A DNA stretch of 32,000 bases from Candidatus Scalindua sp. (GTDB lineage: Bacteria; Planctomycetota; Brocadiia; Brocadiales; Scalinduaceae): contig JALDRA010000001.1 of the NCBI GenBank assembly GCA_031316235.1, positions 3,840,001-3,872,000 on the forward strand, given 5' to 3'. Both the position numbers and the translations under genes were made by a program. Below the pieces are notes generated by a model that saw only the letters and a list, made by a program, of their open reading frames with translations, made no database searches and had not been told where the DNA came from. Below, piece after piece: positions 15,962 to 25,791 of the stretch; position 1 is the first letter of the stretch; the number at the start of each line of letters is the position of its first letter.

Positions 15962-16861
15962 ATGAAAGATCGTTCAAGACTTATCACTGAGAAAAGGAAC
16001 CACAACACTCTTCAGATTGACCAGAAATCAACATCTGAAATTGTAGACATCATCAATAGAGAGGATTCAAACGTAATCGATGCCGTTCGCAGAGAGCATG
16101 ACACTATTACAAGGGCGGTTGATTTGATTGTTGAATCCTTTAACAAGGGTGGACGGTTATTTTATGTGGGGGCTGGTACAAGCGGAAGATTAGGGGTACT
16201 TGATGCCGCTGAATGCCCCCCTACCTTCGGGACAGACCCAGGGCTGGTACAGGGAATAATTGCGGGAGGTGAGCAAGCTCTTACGCGATCAATAGAGGGT
16301 GCAGAAGATAGCTATGGGGAAGGAGAAAAGGTACTCAGGGATAATGGAATTACCTCTCTCGATACAGTTGTCGGTATTGCCACAGGAGGAACGACGCCAT
16401 TTGTCCACGGTGCATTAGTCATGGCCAGGAGACTCGGTGCGTCAACTATCTTCCTCAGCTGTAATCCAGGTACGACCCCTGCTGAAGCTGTTGACGTTAT
16501 CATCAGGCCGGTAACAGGCCCCGAGGTAATTACCGGTTCGACACGCATGAAGGCGGGTACTGCAACAAAGCTTGTCCTCAATACACTCACTACAGCGGCA
16601 ATGATCACGAGGGGGAAAGTGTATGAAAACTTTATGGTTGATTTGCAGATCAAGAATGAAAAACTGAGAGACCGCGCCGAGCGTATAATAATGGCTGTTA
16701 CGGATCTCAATAGAGACAAAGCCTGTGTGCTCTTAAAGAGGGCGCAGGATAATGTGAAAACCGCCATTGTTATGCAGAAACTGCGGATTGAATATGAGGA
16801 TGCGAAAAAGAGATTGGAGGAGTGTGGTGGTTTTGTACGAAAAGCGCTGGAATTGTGTTAG
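15962..16861 (+). CDS. murQ: N-acetylmuramic acid 6-phosphate etherase
   Basis: 299 aa. SIS domain with GRLFYVGAGTSGRLGVLDAAECPPTFG and GSTRMKAGTATKLVLN. GGAGA lies upstream of the ATG. Confidence 0.92.
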   Translation: MKDRSRLITEKRNHNTLQIDQKSTSEIVDIINREDSNVIDAVRREHDTITRAVDLIVESFNKGGRLFYVGAGTSGRLGVLDAAECPPTFGTDPGLVQGIIAGGEQALTRSIEGAEDSYGEGEKVLRDNGITSLDTVVGIATGGTTPFVHGALVMARRLGASTIFLSCNPGTTPAEAVDVIIRPVTGPEVITGSTRMKAGTATKLVLNTLTTAAMITRGKVYENFMVDLQIKNEKLRDRAERIIMAVTDLNRDKACVLLKRAQDNVKTAIVMQKLRIEYEDAKKRLEECGGFVRKALELC

Positions 16862-16910
16862 AACATTTTGATCACTCAAAGCTTTTATCTGTTAAATTTC
16901 AAAATTGGTC

Positions 16911-19010
16911 ATGGAGGAATTTGGTTGTATGAATTTTTTGTCCAGAGTTAGTCAAAAACTCAAAGAGTGGAGAAAATGGATATATGGAACCTGGGTCATT
17001 CGTCAGTTCCCCAGTTCGATTGGCATGTTACATTACCTCTTTTTTTGTTTTCTCATATTTTTTCTCTTTCGATTGCTGTTATTTATTGAGCGGTATGAAG
17101 ACATCCATAATCTTTCTCTGCAACAAAATCTAGACATATTCTTGATGGGATCAAGATTAGATGGAGTTGTGATTGGTTACACGTCTGCTTTGCTGGTGCT
17201 TTTTTTCTTGTTTTCACCGAATCGCTGGAGGTCAATACGCAAGAGGGTTGCTATGATATATACCTCAATTTTCTATCTCTCTTTTATCTTGGCCGAAATA
17301 AGCGGTATCTATTTTTTCCGATATTTCGATTTCCGGTTTAATTACTTGGTTATTGATCACTGGAAGGATTTTCAACTGGTCGAAACTATTTTTGAGATAT
17401 ATCCTGTACCGCTCGTATCTGGCATTATCGTGTGTCTCTTTGCCGGAGTATTCATTATGCAGAAACACTTATCGCCTCTCTGTTATCTCCCTGCCACCAA
17501 AGATAACCTTGAATTTCCGCAGTCAGGTTGGCGTGATCGTTGCGTTTTATTTTGTGTTTTTCTTCTCTGCGGCCTTCTCCAGAGAGGGAACTTAGATCAT
17601 AGACCACTCAATCCCACAGCTGCGGCAATTACAAAAAACCGTGTGGCCAACGAAATTACGAATTCCGGTGTATTCAGAGTTGCGTATGAAGCTCTCCAAC
17701 GAACATCAATCAAATATATACCGGTAAAATCGGTAATTTCTCCCATAGATAATGATAAAGCTTTTGAGATTGTGCGGCACAATTTTGCCAAAAAAGGTCG
17801 CCTGACGAATGACTCTTCCAATCCACTGGTTACTCATGTGTATACGGGGCATCCTCGCAAGAATTTGAATATTGTATTAATTGTAATGGAAAGTTTGACA
17901 GCTAAACTTATTGGATCATTGGGCGGTAGACCTGCTGCATCGCCAGAATTTGATCGCTTAGCTGAAGAAGGCGTTTTGCTTCAAAACTGTTATGCTACAG
18001 GAGAAAGAACAATTCAAGGACTTGAAGCGATAATCTGTTCCTTTCCACCATTACCGGGAGTAGGCATTGTCAGGCGGCCGCAGGCCCAGAATGGATTCAC
18101 TACACTTGCTTCAGTTTTGAAGGAACGTGATTATAGGACGATGTTTCTCTACGGAGGGCAGGGAATTTTTGATCATAAGATCGGATTTTTTCTGGGGAAC
18201 GGATATGATACGTTTCTGGAAGAAAAAGATTTTAAAGATCCAATTTATAAATCTCCTTGGGGCGCTTCGGACGAAGATCTGTATCTGAGAGCAGACCAAC
18301 TATGTACTACACTTTTTGAGAAGGAACGGCCGTTTCTCTGTACAATATTGACAAGCTCTTTACATTCACCTTGGGTCTACCCGGAGGGAAGAATCAAACC
18401 GTTTCCAAAAGATGTGTATCAGCCTCCCGGATTTGTGTATGAGGAAATCAACAATTTTAAATATGCTGATTACGCGCTTGGACAATATTTTCGCACGGTG
18501 CGCGATTCAAACTATTTTAATGATACGATATTTGTTATCGTCGGAGATCACGGAGTTCATCTGAGGGGTCAGGAATTGATTCCTGTCGATGAATATCGTG
18601 TTGGAGCGCTCTTTTACGCACCACATATTCTGAAACCGGAACAAATTGATCGACCTACTTCTCAGCTCGATATTGTTCCCACAATTCTTGGCCTGCTCGG
18701 AGGATCATACCGTAGCACATTTTTTGGGAAAAATTTGTTTAACCCTGATGAAGAGGCGGAATACGCCATTATGGTGTATGATAAAAAACGGTATGGTATC
18801 ATATCCGGTCCTCGTCTCACTATTCTTGGTGAGACGGGAGATAATTACGCGTATAAACGGGGACCAGCAAATAGAGGATGGGTAGAAACTCCCTGCTCAG
18901 AAGAACATGGAAGTTTGGCTCTGTTTACTACAGCAATTCTTCAGACAGCGGAAAAACTGCTTGAGGAAAAAAAATATCACACGCAGATTGACAGATTGGT
19001 TTTGTTCTAA
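16911..19010 (+). CDS. LTA-synthase-family / sulfatase-type phosphotransferase (membrane-anchored alkaline-phosphatase superfamily)
   Basis: About five N-terminal TM helices precede a sulfatase domain (NIVLIVMESLTAKL, GERTIQGLEAI, VIVGDHG). The start is ambiguous among 16905 TTG, 16911 ATG and 16929 ATG. Confidence 0.8.
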   Translation: MEEFGCMNFLSRVSQKLKEWRKWIYGTWVIRQFPSSIGMLHYLFFCFLIFFLFRLLLFIERYEDIHNLSLQQNLDIFLMGSRLDGVVIGYTSALLVLFFLFSPNRWRSIRKRVAMIYTSIFYLSFILAEISGIYFFRYFDFRFNYLVIDHWKDFQLVETIFEIYPVPLVSGIIVCLFAGVFIMQKHLSPLCYLPATKDNLEFPQSGWRDRCVLFCVFLLCGLLQRGNLDHRPLNPTAAAITKNRVANEITNSGVFRVAYEALQRTSIKYIPVKSVISPIDNDKAFEIVRHNFAKKGRLTNDSSNPLVTHVYTGHPRKNLNIVLIVMESLTAKLIGSLGGRPAASPEFDRLAEEGVLLQNCYATGERTIQGLEAIICSFPPLPGVGIVRRPQAQNGFTTLASVLKERDYRTMFLYGGQGIFDHKIGFFLGNGYDTFLEEKDFKDPIYKSPWGASDEDLYLRADQLCTTLFEKERPFLCTILTSSLHSPWVYPEGRIKPFPKDVYQPPGFVYEEINNFKYADYALGQYFRTVRDSNYFNDTIFVIVGDHGVHLRGQELIPVDEYRVGALFYAPHILKPEQIDRPTSQLDIVPTILGLLGGSYRSTFFGKNLFNPDEEAEYAIMVYDKKRYGIISGPRLTILGETGDNYAYKRGPANRGWVETPCSEEHGSLALFTTAILQTAEKLLEEKKYHTQIDRLVLF

Positions 19011-19108
19011 CTAGTGGATGAACCAAAACTCCGCATCTCCTTTGTGCTCTTTGTTGCTCTGCGGTGAACAACTGCTCACATTTTTGTCAAATTATTTTTT
19101 CTGAGATA

Positions 19109-19750
19109 TTAATCTGCAGGGGAAAAACCATGTTTTTTTCCCCAACCCTGCGGATCTCTGTTCCAATCTATAACAACTGCTAATTCCTGGTCACGCAACA
19201 CCCCGTTTTCTTTTGCAAAATTTACCAGGGTAGAAAAGCTCGTAATTGTAACCAGTTCACAATTCCCATCCTTAAACATCTTTGCTGCCTTTTCAAAACC
19301 ATAGGTAAATATTGCCACGACACCGATACATTCACCCCCTGCTTCTCTTACCGCTTCAACAGCAGCAAAACTGCTCCCTCCCGTACTGATAAGGTCTTCT
19401 ATTATGACGACTCTCTTCTTCTCAACGTTCGCACCTTCAATCTGATGACACCCTCCATGAGACTTTTTTGAACCTCTGATATAAGCCATTGGTTTAAACA
19501 ATCGTTCACTTATCCAGGATGCCCAGGGAATCCCGGCCGTTGAAGTACCCGCAACAATATCAAACTCAAATATTTTTAACTCGTTAAGAAAGGCATCAAC
19601 AATTTGAGATCTCTCCAGTGGATAGGCAATCATTTGCCTGTTGTCACAATATATCGGACTTCTCATTCCTGATACGAAGGTAAATGGCTCCCTGGCATCT
19701 AAGGCTACAGCCTTTTTTTCTAGTAATAGTCTTGCAATATTTTCATCCAT
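19109..19750 (-). CDS. pyrE: Orotate phosphoribosyltransferase
   Basis: 213 aa. FTFVSGMRSPIYCDNR, plus the PRPP-binding loop VVIIEDLISTGGSS. Confidence 0.92.
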   Translation of the reverse strand: MDENIARLLLEKKAVALDAREPFTFVSGMRSPIYCDNRQMIAYPLERSQIVDAFLNELKIFEFDIVAGTSTAGIPWASWISERLFKPMAYIRGSKKSHGGCHQIEGANVEKKRVVIIEDLISTGGSSFAAVEAVREAGGECIGVVAIFTYGFEKAAKMFKDGNCELVTITSFSTLVNFAKENGVLRDQELAVVIDWNRDPQGWGKKHGFSPAD

Positions 19751-19952
19751 ATCGAAAAATATCCTAATTCGAACGAGTCGGAAATTGATTCCAGAATTAC
19801 GATCTGCAATTATTTAAAGTTTTTAATGCAGCAGTAAAACGTGTGCCTGGAACAGGAAGTGATCAAAACAGTATTTGTTAAGGGACCATCGCTGTATTAT
19901 AAACAGGTAAGAGCCGCTATTTCAATTTTTTTCCTGAAAAAGTAAACTACGC

Positions 19953-19982
19953 TTGACATTTTATACCAATATCAGCTAAAAT
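19953..19982 (+). promoter_or_regulatory. Sigma70-like promoter for the DUF1858-hemerythrin operon
   Basis: TTGACA (19953-19958), an 18-nt spacer, then TAAAAT (19977-19982). It lies ~50 nt upstream of the TTG start at 20034. Confidence 0.45.
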
Positions 19983-20033
19983 AAGTTCTTTGTTTACAGT
20001 CCTCATAATTTAATATGGGTAAGGAGGAATATA

Positions 20034-20825
20034 TTGGACGATATACGTTCGAGAGAAATAAAAGAATCAATAGAAAAATGTCCTGAAGTAGGACGCATTC
20101 TTGAAGAATACGGTATTGGCTGTGTACCCTGTTCTGTTGGAAGCTGCTTCCTGAGCGAAGTTGTGGGGATTCACAATCTCGACCCGCAAACAGAAGCCAC
20201 TTTAATGTACCGGATCGAAAAAGCGTTGTATCCGGATCGTGATATCCCTGAACCCAAAGTGGACATGACCAAGAAAGCAGCCCCGAAGAAAATAAATTAC
20301 TCTCCAGCTGTGAAGAATCTTGTTCAAGAGCATGTATTAATCAAACGGATGTTGGCGTTAATACCTGCTATTTTGGAACATGTGGAAAGCAGCGACCAGC
20401 TGGATAAAGACCTCATCATGGGATGTGTGGACTTTATCCGCGGTTATGCCGACAAGTTTCATCATATGAAGGAAGAGGATATTCTGTTCAAGTACGTTGA
20501 TGAGCAGGGAGAAATAATTCAGGTTATGTATAAGGACCATGATACCGGCAGGAACCATATTCGGCAGGCTGTCGAAGGAGTCGAAAGCGGAAACAAGGCT
20601 CAGATTAAGGAACATCTCCTTGGATACAGAGAGTTGCTTACCCAGCATATAAAAAAAGAGGATGAAATTTTATATCCCTGGATTGACCGCCAGTTAACCG
20701 ACAGGCAAGTTGGAGAACTGTTCCAGAAGTGTAGTGCTGCAGATGCCTCAGTAGGGGAAGAGCTGCCAAGGAGATACGAAAAATTTATCATTGATTTAGA
20801 AGGAAAATTTTTAAAGGAGATTTAA
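20034..20825 (+). CDS. DUF1858 (redox-disulfide-like) plus hemerythrin HHE cation-binding domain protein
   Basis: TTG start with AAGGAGG 6 nt upstream. The N-terminus CPEVGRILEEYGIGCVPCSVGSC is DUF1858-like. The C-terminus carries H/E ligand motifs (KFHHMKEEDILF, HIKKEDEILYPWID). Confidence 0.75.
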   Translation: MDDIRSREIKESIEKCPEVGRILEEYGIGCVPCSVGSCFLSEVVGIHNLDPQTEATLMYRIEKALYPDRDIPEPKVDMTKKAAPKKINYSPAVKNLVQEHVLIKRMLALIPAILEHVESSDQLDKDLIMGCVDFIRGYADKFHHMKEEDILFKYVDEQGEIIQVMYKDHDTGRNHIRQAVEGVESGNKAQIKEHLLGYRELLTQHIKKEDEILYPWIDRQLTDRQVGELFQKCSAADASVGEELPRRYEKFIIDLEGKFLKEI

Positions 20826-20827
20826 TA

Positions 20828-21292
20828 ATGAGTGATTGTTGCCCAGGATCAAAAACAATGGATTTTAGTGAAAAGACCGATCAAGGAGATGGCGAAACAG
20901 GTCAACGCCATTCGCAACTCAGGCAGTGGCCGATACAGTTGCATCTGGTTTCTCCTCAGGCACCATACTTTCAAGAGAAAGATGTTATACTGGTAGCTGA
21001 TTGTGTCCCTTTTGCTTTGGCTGATTTCCATAAAGACTATCTTAAAGGAAAAAGTATAGCTATCGGGTGTCCTAAGCTCGATTCAGATCAGGAAGTTTAT
21101 GTAGAAAAGATAAAAACCCTCATTGATGACTCTAAGATCAATACCTTAACGGTTCAAATTATGCAGGTGCCTTGCTGTTCTGGTCTGGTGCAGGTTGCAA
21201 AAGCCGGAGCTGACAAAGCAACTCGAAAGATACCAATCAAACAGGTCGTTGTTGGTCTTGAAGGTGACATCTTATCTGAAGATTGGATCTGA
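20828..21292 (+). CDS. Conserved Cys-rich protein (putative redox/Fe-S; function unknown)
   Basis: 154 aa, starting 2 nt after the upstream stop. It contains LRQWPIQLHLV..ADCVPFA..GCPKLD..VPCCSGL. I recognise this family as widespread, but it is not characterised. Confidence 0.5.
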   Translation: MSDCCPGSKTMDFSEKTDQGDGETGQRHSQLRQWPIQLHLVSPQAPYFQEKDVILVADCVPFALADFHKDYLKGKSIAIGCPKLDSDQEVYVEKIKTLIDDSKINTLTVQIMQVPCCSGLVQVAKAGADKATRKIPIKQVVVGLEGDILSEDWI

Positions 21293-21318
21293 GATATCAC
21301 CGTCATTCAAATACGGAC

Positions 21319-21357
21319 AAAATCCCTGGTCAGCGCCTGGCTGCCAGGGATTTTTTT
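21319..21357 (+). terminator. Rho-independent terminator
   Basis: 11-bp stem, aaaatccctgg (21319-21329) pairing with ccagggatttt (21344-21354), running into a T7 tract. Confidence 0.7.
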
Positions 21358-21468
21358 ATGCGATATGAGTGAAGGGTTCATGAAAAAAATATCTGGTATT
21401 TCTTCATGAACCCTGAGTATTTAGCTTCTGCTGGTATCTGCATGATTTCCTGAGTCAATCCTTTTTGT

Positions 21469-21497
21469 TTGAAACAAGTTATTCCGGTTGATATAAT
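21469..21497 (+). promoter_or_regulatory. Sigma70-like promoter with extended -10 upstream of leuS
   Basis: TTGAAA (21469-21474), a 17-nt spacer, then TGATATAAT (TGn + TATAAT at 21492-21497). It lies 46 nt upstream of the leuS ATG. Confidence 0.5.
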
Positions 21498-21542
21498 CCC
21501 CCCTGACTCCATTAGGAATCCACGGTTTTTGAAAGTACAGAC

Positions 21543-24074
21543 ATGGGTGATAACGAATACAATTTCAGAGAAATAGAGAAAAAATGGCAAGAATACTGGA
21601 GGGATTGCGGCCTGTTCCGGGTAGATACCGATGATGCCGATCACGAGGAAAAAGAGAAGTTTTACTGTCTCGTGATGTTTCCCTACCCTTCTGGAACTCT
21701 GCATGTGGGACATGGGAGAAATTATATCATTGGTGACGTGGTAACTCGTTACAAGATTATGAAGGGCTACAGAGTATTATCACCTATCGGTTGGGATGCA
21801 TTTGGTCTGCCGGCTGAAAATGCAGCGATTCAGAAACAGATCCATCCCTCCATTCACACAAAAGATAATATAAAAAAAATGAAATTACAGCTTGAAAGAT
21901 GGGGTGTCGGATATGATTGGGACCGAGAGATCACCTCATGTAACCCCGACTATTACAAATGGACACAATGGATATTCCTGAAACTCTTCAAAAACAATCT
22001 TGCATACAAGAAGAAGGCATCGGTAAACTGGTGTCCTTCGTGTTCTACGGTACTTGCAAATGAGCAGGTAGTCGAAGGTCTCTGTGAGAGATGTGATTCA
22101 CCGGTAACACAGAGGGATTTAGAGCAGTGGTTTTTTAAGATTAGCACCTATGCTCAGAGATTGCTCGATGACCTCGATACACTTGACCACTGGCCGGAAA
22201 AGGTCAAGACAATGCAGGCGAATTGGATTGGCAGGAGTGAAGGAGCAAGAATTGACTTTACATTGCAGGAAAGCGATGAAACAATCTCCTGCTTTACGAC
22301 AAGACCTGATACCATTTATGGGGTTACGTTCATGTCACTTGCAGCGGAACATCCAATAATTACCGAATTAGTGAAAGGTGCGGATAACGAAGAATCCGTG
22401 CTGCAGTTTGTAATCCGGATTAAGAATCAGAGCTTTGTGGAAAGAACAGCGGAAGGAACAGAGAAAGAAGGTGTTTTTACCGGAAGATATGTAACGAATC
22501 CTGTAAATGGCGTTAAAGTACCTTTATGGGTTGCAAATTACGCATTAATGGAATACGGTACGGGAGCTGTCATGGGGGTACCGGCGCATGATCAGCGTGA
22601 TTATGATTTTGCAAGAAAATATGATCTGCCCGTGATGAGAGTCATTGAACCTTCAGATAGCGGCCGGAGACAGCAAATCGAAAAAATGAATGAAGCCTAC
22701 GTGGATGATGGAACACAGGTCAATTCTGGCCACTTTGATGGTATGCACAATAGAGATGCAATACCGGAAATCATCAAGTTTCTTGAAGAGAAAGGAATTG
22801 GAAAAGGTAGTATTAATTATCGATTAAGAGACTGGCTGATCTCAAGACAAAGATATTGGGGTACCCCTATCCCCATTGTGTACTGCGGGAATTGTGGTAT
22901 CATCCCCGTAGCAGAGGAAGATCTCCCCGTACTATTACCAGAGAACGTGGAGTTCAGGAAAAATGGACAGAACCCTCTTGCTGATGTTGATAACTTTGTT
23001 AATACGACATGTCCCAATTGTAAAGGCAAAGCAAAACGGGAAACTGACACTATGGACACTTTTGTAGATTCCAGCTGGTATTATTTACGGTATCTATCAG
23101 CCAACGATGGAACTCAGGCATTTGATTCTGAAGTAGTCAATAAATGGCTTCCTGTTGATCAATACATTGGTGGTATTGAACATGCCATTTTGCATCTGCT
23201 CTATTCACGCTTTATCACCAAGGTTTTATCTGACCTTGGTCTTCTGGGCTTTCATGAGCCGTTCAAGAACCTTTTTACCCAGGGTATGATTGTGAAAGAT
23301 GGAGCTAAAATGTCTAAGTCAAAGGGGAACGTGGTAAGCCCTGACTTTATTATCGAAAAATATGGAACTGACACTCAACGGCTCTACACCTTATTTATGG
23401 CGCCACCACAAAGAGATGCAGAATGGAATGATAGAGGCATCATAGGGGCATTCCGTTTCTTAAACAAACTATGGAAAAATATTGTTGCACTGAGGAGTGA
23501 TCTCAAGGATACCCCCAAGAGAGAGATAGCATACGATCTGTTTTCAAAAGAGACTAAAGAACTTTATAGGCAGGTAAACATAACAATTAAAAAGGTTACG
23601 GAGGATATTGAAGAATCATGGCATTTTAATACTGCCGTGGCCTCCATCATGGAACTGCTCACTAACGTAACAAATTTCAGAGAAGGACAGGGCGATAGAA
23701 AAGTCGAGGATGAAAAAGGTATCAATGATTTTAACGTTGTGAGATATGCATTTGAAACAATAGTAAAGATCCTCGCACCTTTTGTTCCTCACATCTGTGA
23801 AGAGCTCTGGGTTATTTGCGGGAACAACCCGGGCATATTTTCAGTCCCATGGCCTTTCTACAATACGGACGTTCTTGAAGCCCAACAGATAGAGATGGCT
23901 ATTCAGATAAACGGTAAGGTACGAAGCAGAGTAACCGTAGATTCTGGAATAAGCGAAGATGTTTTGAAGACACGTATTATGAAAGATGAACGGATATGCG
24001 AACTGCTCGACGGAAAAAAGGTACTCAAAATTATAATCGTACCGAGAAAGATCGTTAATATTGTGGCAAGGTAA
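21543..24074 (+). CDS. leuS: Leucyl-tRNA synthetase
   Basis: 843 aa. HIGH motif (PSGTLHVGHGRNY), KMSKS motif (AKMSKSKGN), and CP1/zinc motifs (CPSCSTV..CERC). Confidence 0.97.
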   Translation: MGDNEYNFREIEKKWQEYWRDCGLFRVDTDDADHEEKEKFYCLVMFPYPSGTLHVGHGRNYIIGDVVTRYKIMKGYRVLSPIGWDAFGLPAENAAIQKQIHPSIHTKDNIKKMKLQLERWGVGYDWDREITSCNPDYYKWTQWIFLKLFKNNLAYKKKASVNWCPSCSTVLANEQVVEGLCERCDSPVTQRDLEQWFFKISTYAQRLLDDLDTLDHWPEKVKTMQANWIGRSEGARIDFTLQESDETISCFTTRPDTIYGVTFMSLAAEHPIITELVKGADNEESVLQFVIRIKNQSFVERTAEGTEKEGVFTGRYVTNPVNGVKVPLWVANYALMEYGTGAVMGVPAHDQRDYDFARKYDLPVMRVIEPSDSGRRQQIEKMNEAYVDDGTQVNSGHFDGMHNRDAIPEIIKFLEEKGIGKGSINYRLRDWLISRQRYWGTPIPIVYCGNCGIIPVAEEDLPVLLPENVEFRKNGQNPLADVDNFVNTTCPNCKGKAKRETDTMDTFVDSSWYYLRYLSANDGTQAFDSEVVNKWLPVDQYIGGIEHAILHLLYSRFITKVLSDLGLLGFHEPFKNLFTQGMIVKDGAKMSKSKGNVVSPDFIIEKYGTDTQRLYTLFMAPPQRDAEWNDRGIIGAFRFLNKLWKNIVALRSDLKDTPKREIAYDLFSKETKELYRQVNITIKKVTEDIEESWHFNTAVASIMELLTNVTNFREGQGDRKVEDEKGINDFNVVRYAFETIVKILAPFVPHICEELWVICGNNPGIFSVPWPFYNTDVLEAQQIEMAIQINGKVRSRVTVDSGISEDVLKTRIMKDERICELLDGKKVLKIIIVPRKIVNIVAR

Positions 24075-24091
24075 CGCTTACCGCTTTTTTT
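24070..24091 (+). terminator. Weak terminator-like hairpin overlapping the leuS stop
   Basis: ggtaa-cgc-ttacc (5-bp stem) followed by gc + T7. The repeat element immediately downstream may add to termination. Confidence 0.35.
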
Positions 24092-24101
24092 GATCTGCGT
24101 T

Positions 24102-24217
24102 TATATACTAAAACCGATTTTGTTTTCGGTTTTACCGGAAACAAAATCTTGGTGAAGGTATACTCGCTCAATTTTATCTCGGATTTTATCCGAAATCCAG
24201 TATGAGATGAGTATATC
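24102..24217 (-). repeat. Full copy A of the ~115-bp structured intergenic repeat
   Basis: The reverse complement aligns end to end with 28093-28206; I count ~7 mismatches. It lies between the convergent leuS and xerC/D-like genes. Confidence 0.9.
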
Positions 24218-24328
24218 AGCGTTGAAGCGTAGCTTGATCTACGTTGAGGATTCGGTAAATGAGGTTTGGACAAAGATGGCTTGAAAATGAGATGAGATCA
24301 GGTACAGTTGTTTTTCACAAAAACCGTA

Positions 24329-25213
24329 TCATGCTCGTGGATGGGCCTTTTCGTAAACCTGCTTTAAACGTTCCGTCGTTATATGAGTATAAATCTGGGT
24401 TGTAGAAAGATTGGAGTGGCCGAGTAACTCCTGAACTGAACGGAGATCTGCGCCCTTATCTAAAAGATGCGTTGCGAAACTATGTCGCAATGTATGGGGA
24501 GAGGTACCTGAGTTTACTCCTGAGACCTTAACATATTTATCAAGGGAACGACCTATACTCCTCGATGTAAGACGATCTCCATATTTGTTGAGAAACAATG
24601 GTGTGCTTTGATACGATCTTTTTTTCTTCTTTGTTCGGAGATACTCCTGTATAGCCTTGACGGCATAACCACCAATAGGCACCAATCTCTCCTTCTTTCC
24701 CTTTCCCTGTACTTTTACCATGCCACCTGAGAGATCAATATCCTCTTCGTTCAGCTTCACTAATTCACTTACCCTCATGCCTGTGCTATACAACGTCTCC
24801 AGGATAGCCTTGTCCCTTAGCCCCATTGGATTTGATGTATCCGGCGTGTTTATCAGGATATCCACATCATGTATGGCTAAAAAATTCGGTAATTTTTTTG
24901 ACTGCTTAGGGATACGCAATGTTTCAATAGGATTTGAGTCAAGCATGCCCTCGTAGTTGAGGAACTTAAAAAATGAGCGCAAGGCTGCCAACTTCCTGGC
25001 AACTGTGGTTTTTGAATAGTTGTACTTCCTTAAAACGGCAAGATATTTCCTCAACATAAGATGATTAACCTGTCTTAATCCCTCACTTTTTTCTTCCATT
25101 AAGAAAGAATCAAACTGGGAAAGATCTTTTTCATACGCCCGTAACGTATGTACGGAAGAGCTCTTTTCATGTTCAAGTTTTCTGATAAACTCTATTATAA
25201 ACGGTTCAATCAT
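24329..25213 (-). CDS. XerC/XerD-type tyrosine site-specific recombinase
   Basis: 294 aa. SAM-like N-terminal domain (HTLRAYEKDLSQF). Catalytic region ...HTLRHSFATHLL...ELLGHSNLSTTQIYTHI. Confidence 0.9.
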   Translation of the reverse strand: MIEPFIIEFIRKLEHEKSSSVHTLRAYEKDLSQFDSFLMEEKSEGLRQVNHLMLRKYLAVLRKYNYSKTTVARKLAALRSFFKFLNYEGMLDSNPIETLRIPKQSKKLPNFLAIHDVDILINTPDTSNPMGLRDKAILETLYSTGMRVSELVKLNEEDIDLSGGMVKVQGKGKKERLVPIGGYAVKAIQEYLRTKKKKRSYQSTPLFLNKYGDRLTSRSIGRSLDKYVKVSGVNSGTSPHTLRHSFATHLLDKGADLRSVQELLGHSNLSTTQIYTHITTERLKQVYEKAHPRA

Positions 25214-25742
25214 CTACGTCTTTTCCTTTTGTTTCAGTAAACACCTTCAGCCAATATTGAGATTCGGTCTTTGAGGGCCCCATGATTTTACTCATAGGTT
25301 CTTTGCCATCCCGCATTTTATGAGTACTTTCGTGTCCCGCCTGAGAGAATCGATCAATTTTCATTTGAACTGCCTTAAAAAACTCTACTGGTCCAATAAC
25401 CTTACTGCCGCATCTCTTCACAAATTGTCTTATGTTTCTGTCGCCGGTAACTACAGTTATTTGTCTGGGATTCCCGCTGTTACTTACCATGCGCTTTATC
25501 TCTTCATCAGCATCGAGACCGGTTCTGGGGAAAACAACATCAATTCCGGAAACACTTGTTCTGGATGATGCGCCGACATTCCCATCAAACACGACCGTTA
25601 GATCATGCCTTCTTTTTTCCTTATATTGTTCCAGGAGCGAAATAAGCCGGTTCCGTAATGTCTCCATATCACATCTATCAATCTGTGCGACCAGCTCTGG
25701 AACGCCAAATAGCATATTATAGCCATCAATTATTACATTCAT
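25206..25742 (-). CDS. NYN-domain (YacP/Rae1-like) putative ribonuclease
   Basis: I place the start at ATG 25742, with GGGAGGGG upstream. MNVIIDGYNMLF...LTVVFDG...ADEEIKRMV...VVTGDRNI follows the YacP pattern. The stop overlaps the xerC/D-like start by 8 nt. Confidence 0.7.
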   Translation of the reverse strand: MNVIIDGYNMLFGVPELVAQIDRCDMETLRNRLISLLEQYKEKRRHDLTVVFDGNVGASSRTSVSGIDVVFPRTGLDADEEIKRMVSNSGNPRQITVVTGDRNIRQFVKRCGSKVIGPVEFFKAVQMKIDRFSQAGHESTHKMRDGKEPMSKIMGPSKTESQYWLKVFTETKGKDVDD

Positions 25743-25791
25743 AATCAGCTCGCCCCTCCCCCAGGGGTTAAAAGTGATGAAGAAATGATGT

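Noticed and set aside
16312-16767. 151-aa ORF antisense within murQ, and similar antisense ORFs inside other genes (e.g. 340-717, 4006-4314, 12658-13170, 13987-14499, 25838-26221)
   Set aside because: All lie fully inside well-supported genes on the opposite strand and show no recognisable motifs. They are typical shadow ORFs.
19011-19108. Bidirectional terminator between the convergent LtaS-like gene and pyrE
   Set aside because: Only weak or imperfect stems are present (gtgaac-aact-gctcac with a mismatch, and ccgca...tgcgg with a 24-nt loop). This is not strong enough to annotate.
21378-21713. 111-aa ORF antisense to the leuS promoter and 5' end
   Set aside because: It overlaps the strongly supported leuS start and its promoter. 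It has low-complexity hydrophobic composition and no RBS.
24055-24273. ORFs reading through the structured repeats (24055-24273 -, 27965-28207 +, 30134-30340 +) give a conserved-looking peptide, YSSHTGFRI(K/R)SE..LSEYTFT..FPVKP..
   Set aside because: The similarity is at nucleotide level. Copy C has a 1-nt indel that changes the frame mid-element (FPVKPESQIGL vs FPVKPKTKSVL). The copies share no start codon or RBS, and the sequence is dominated by hairpins. I treat it as a non-coding repeat.
24329-25213. Tyrosine recombinase as the integrase of the accessory patch or of a prophage
   Set aside because: It lies 13 kb from the patch and is translationally coupled into a housekeeping pyrC / NYN-like gene run. 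It has standard XerC/D motifs, and no att-like repeats or phage genes flank it.
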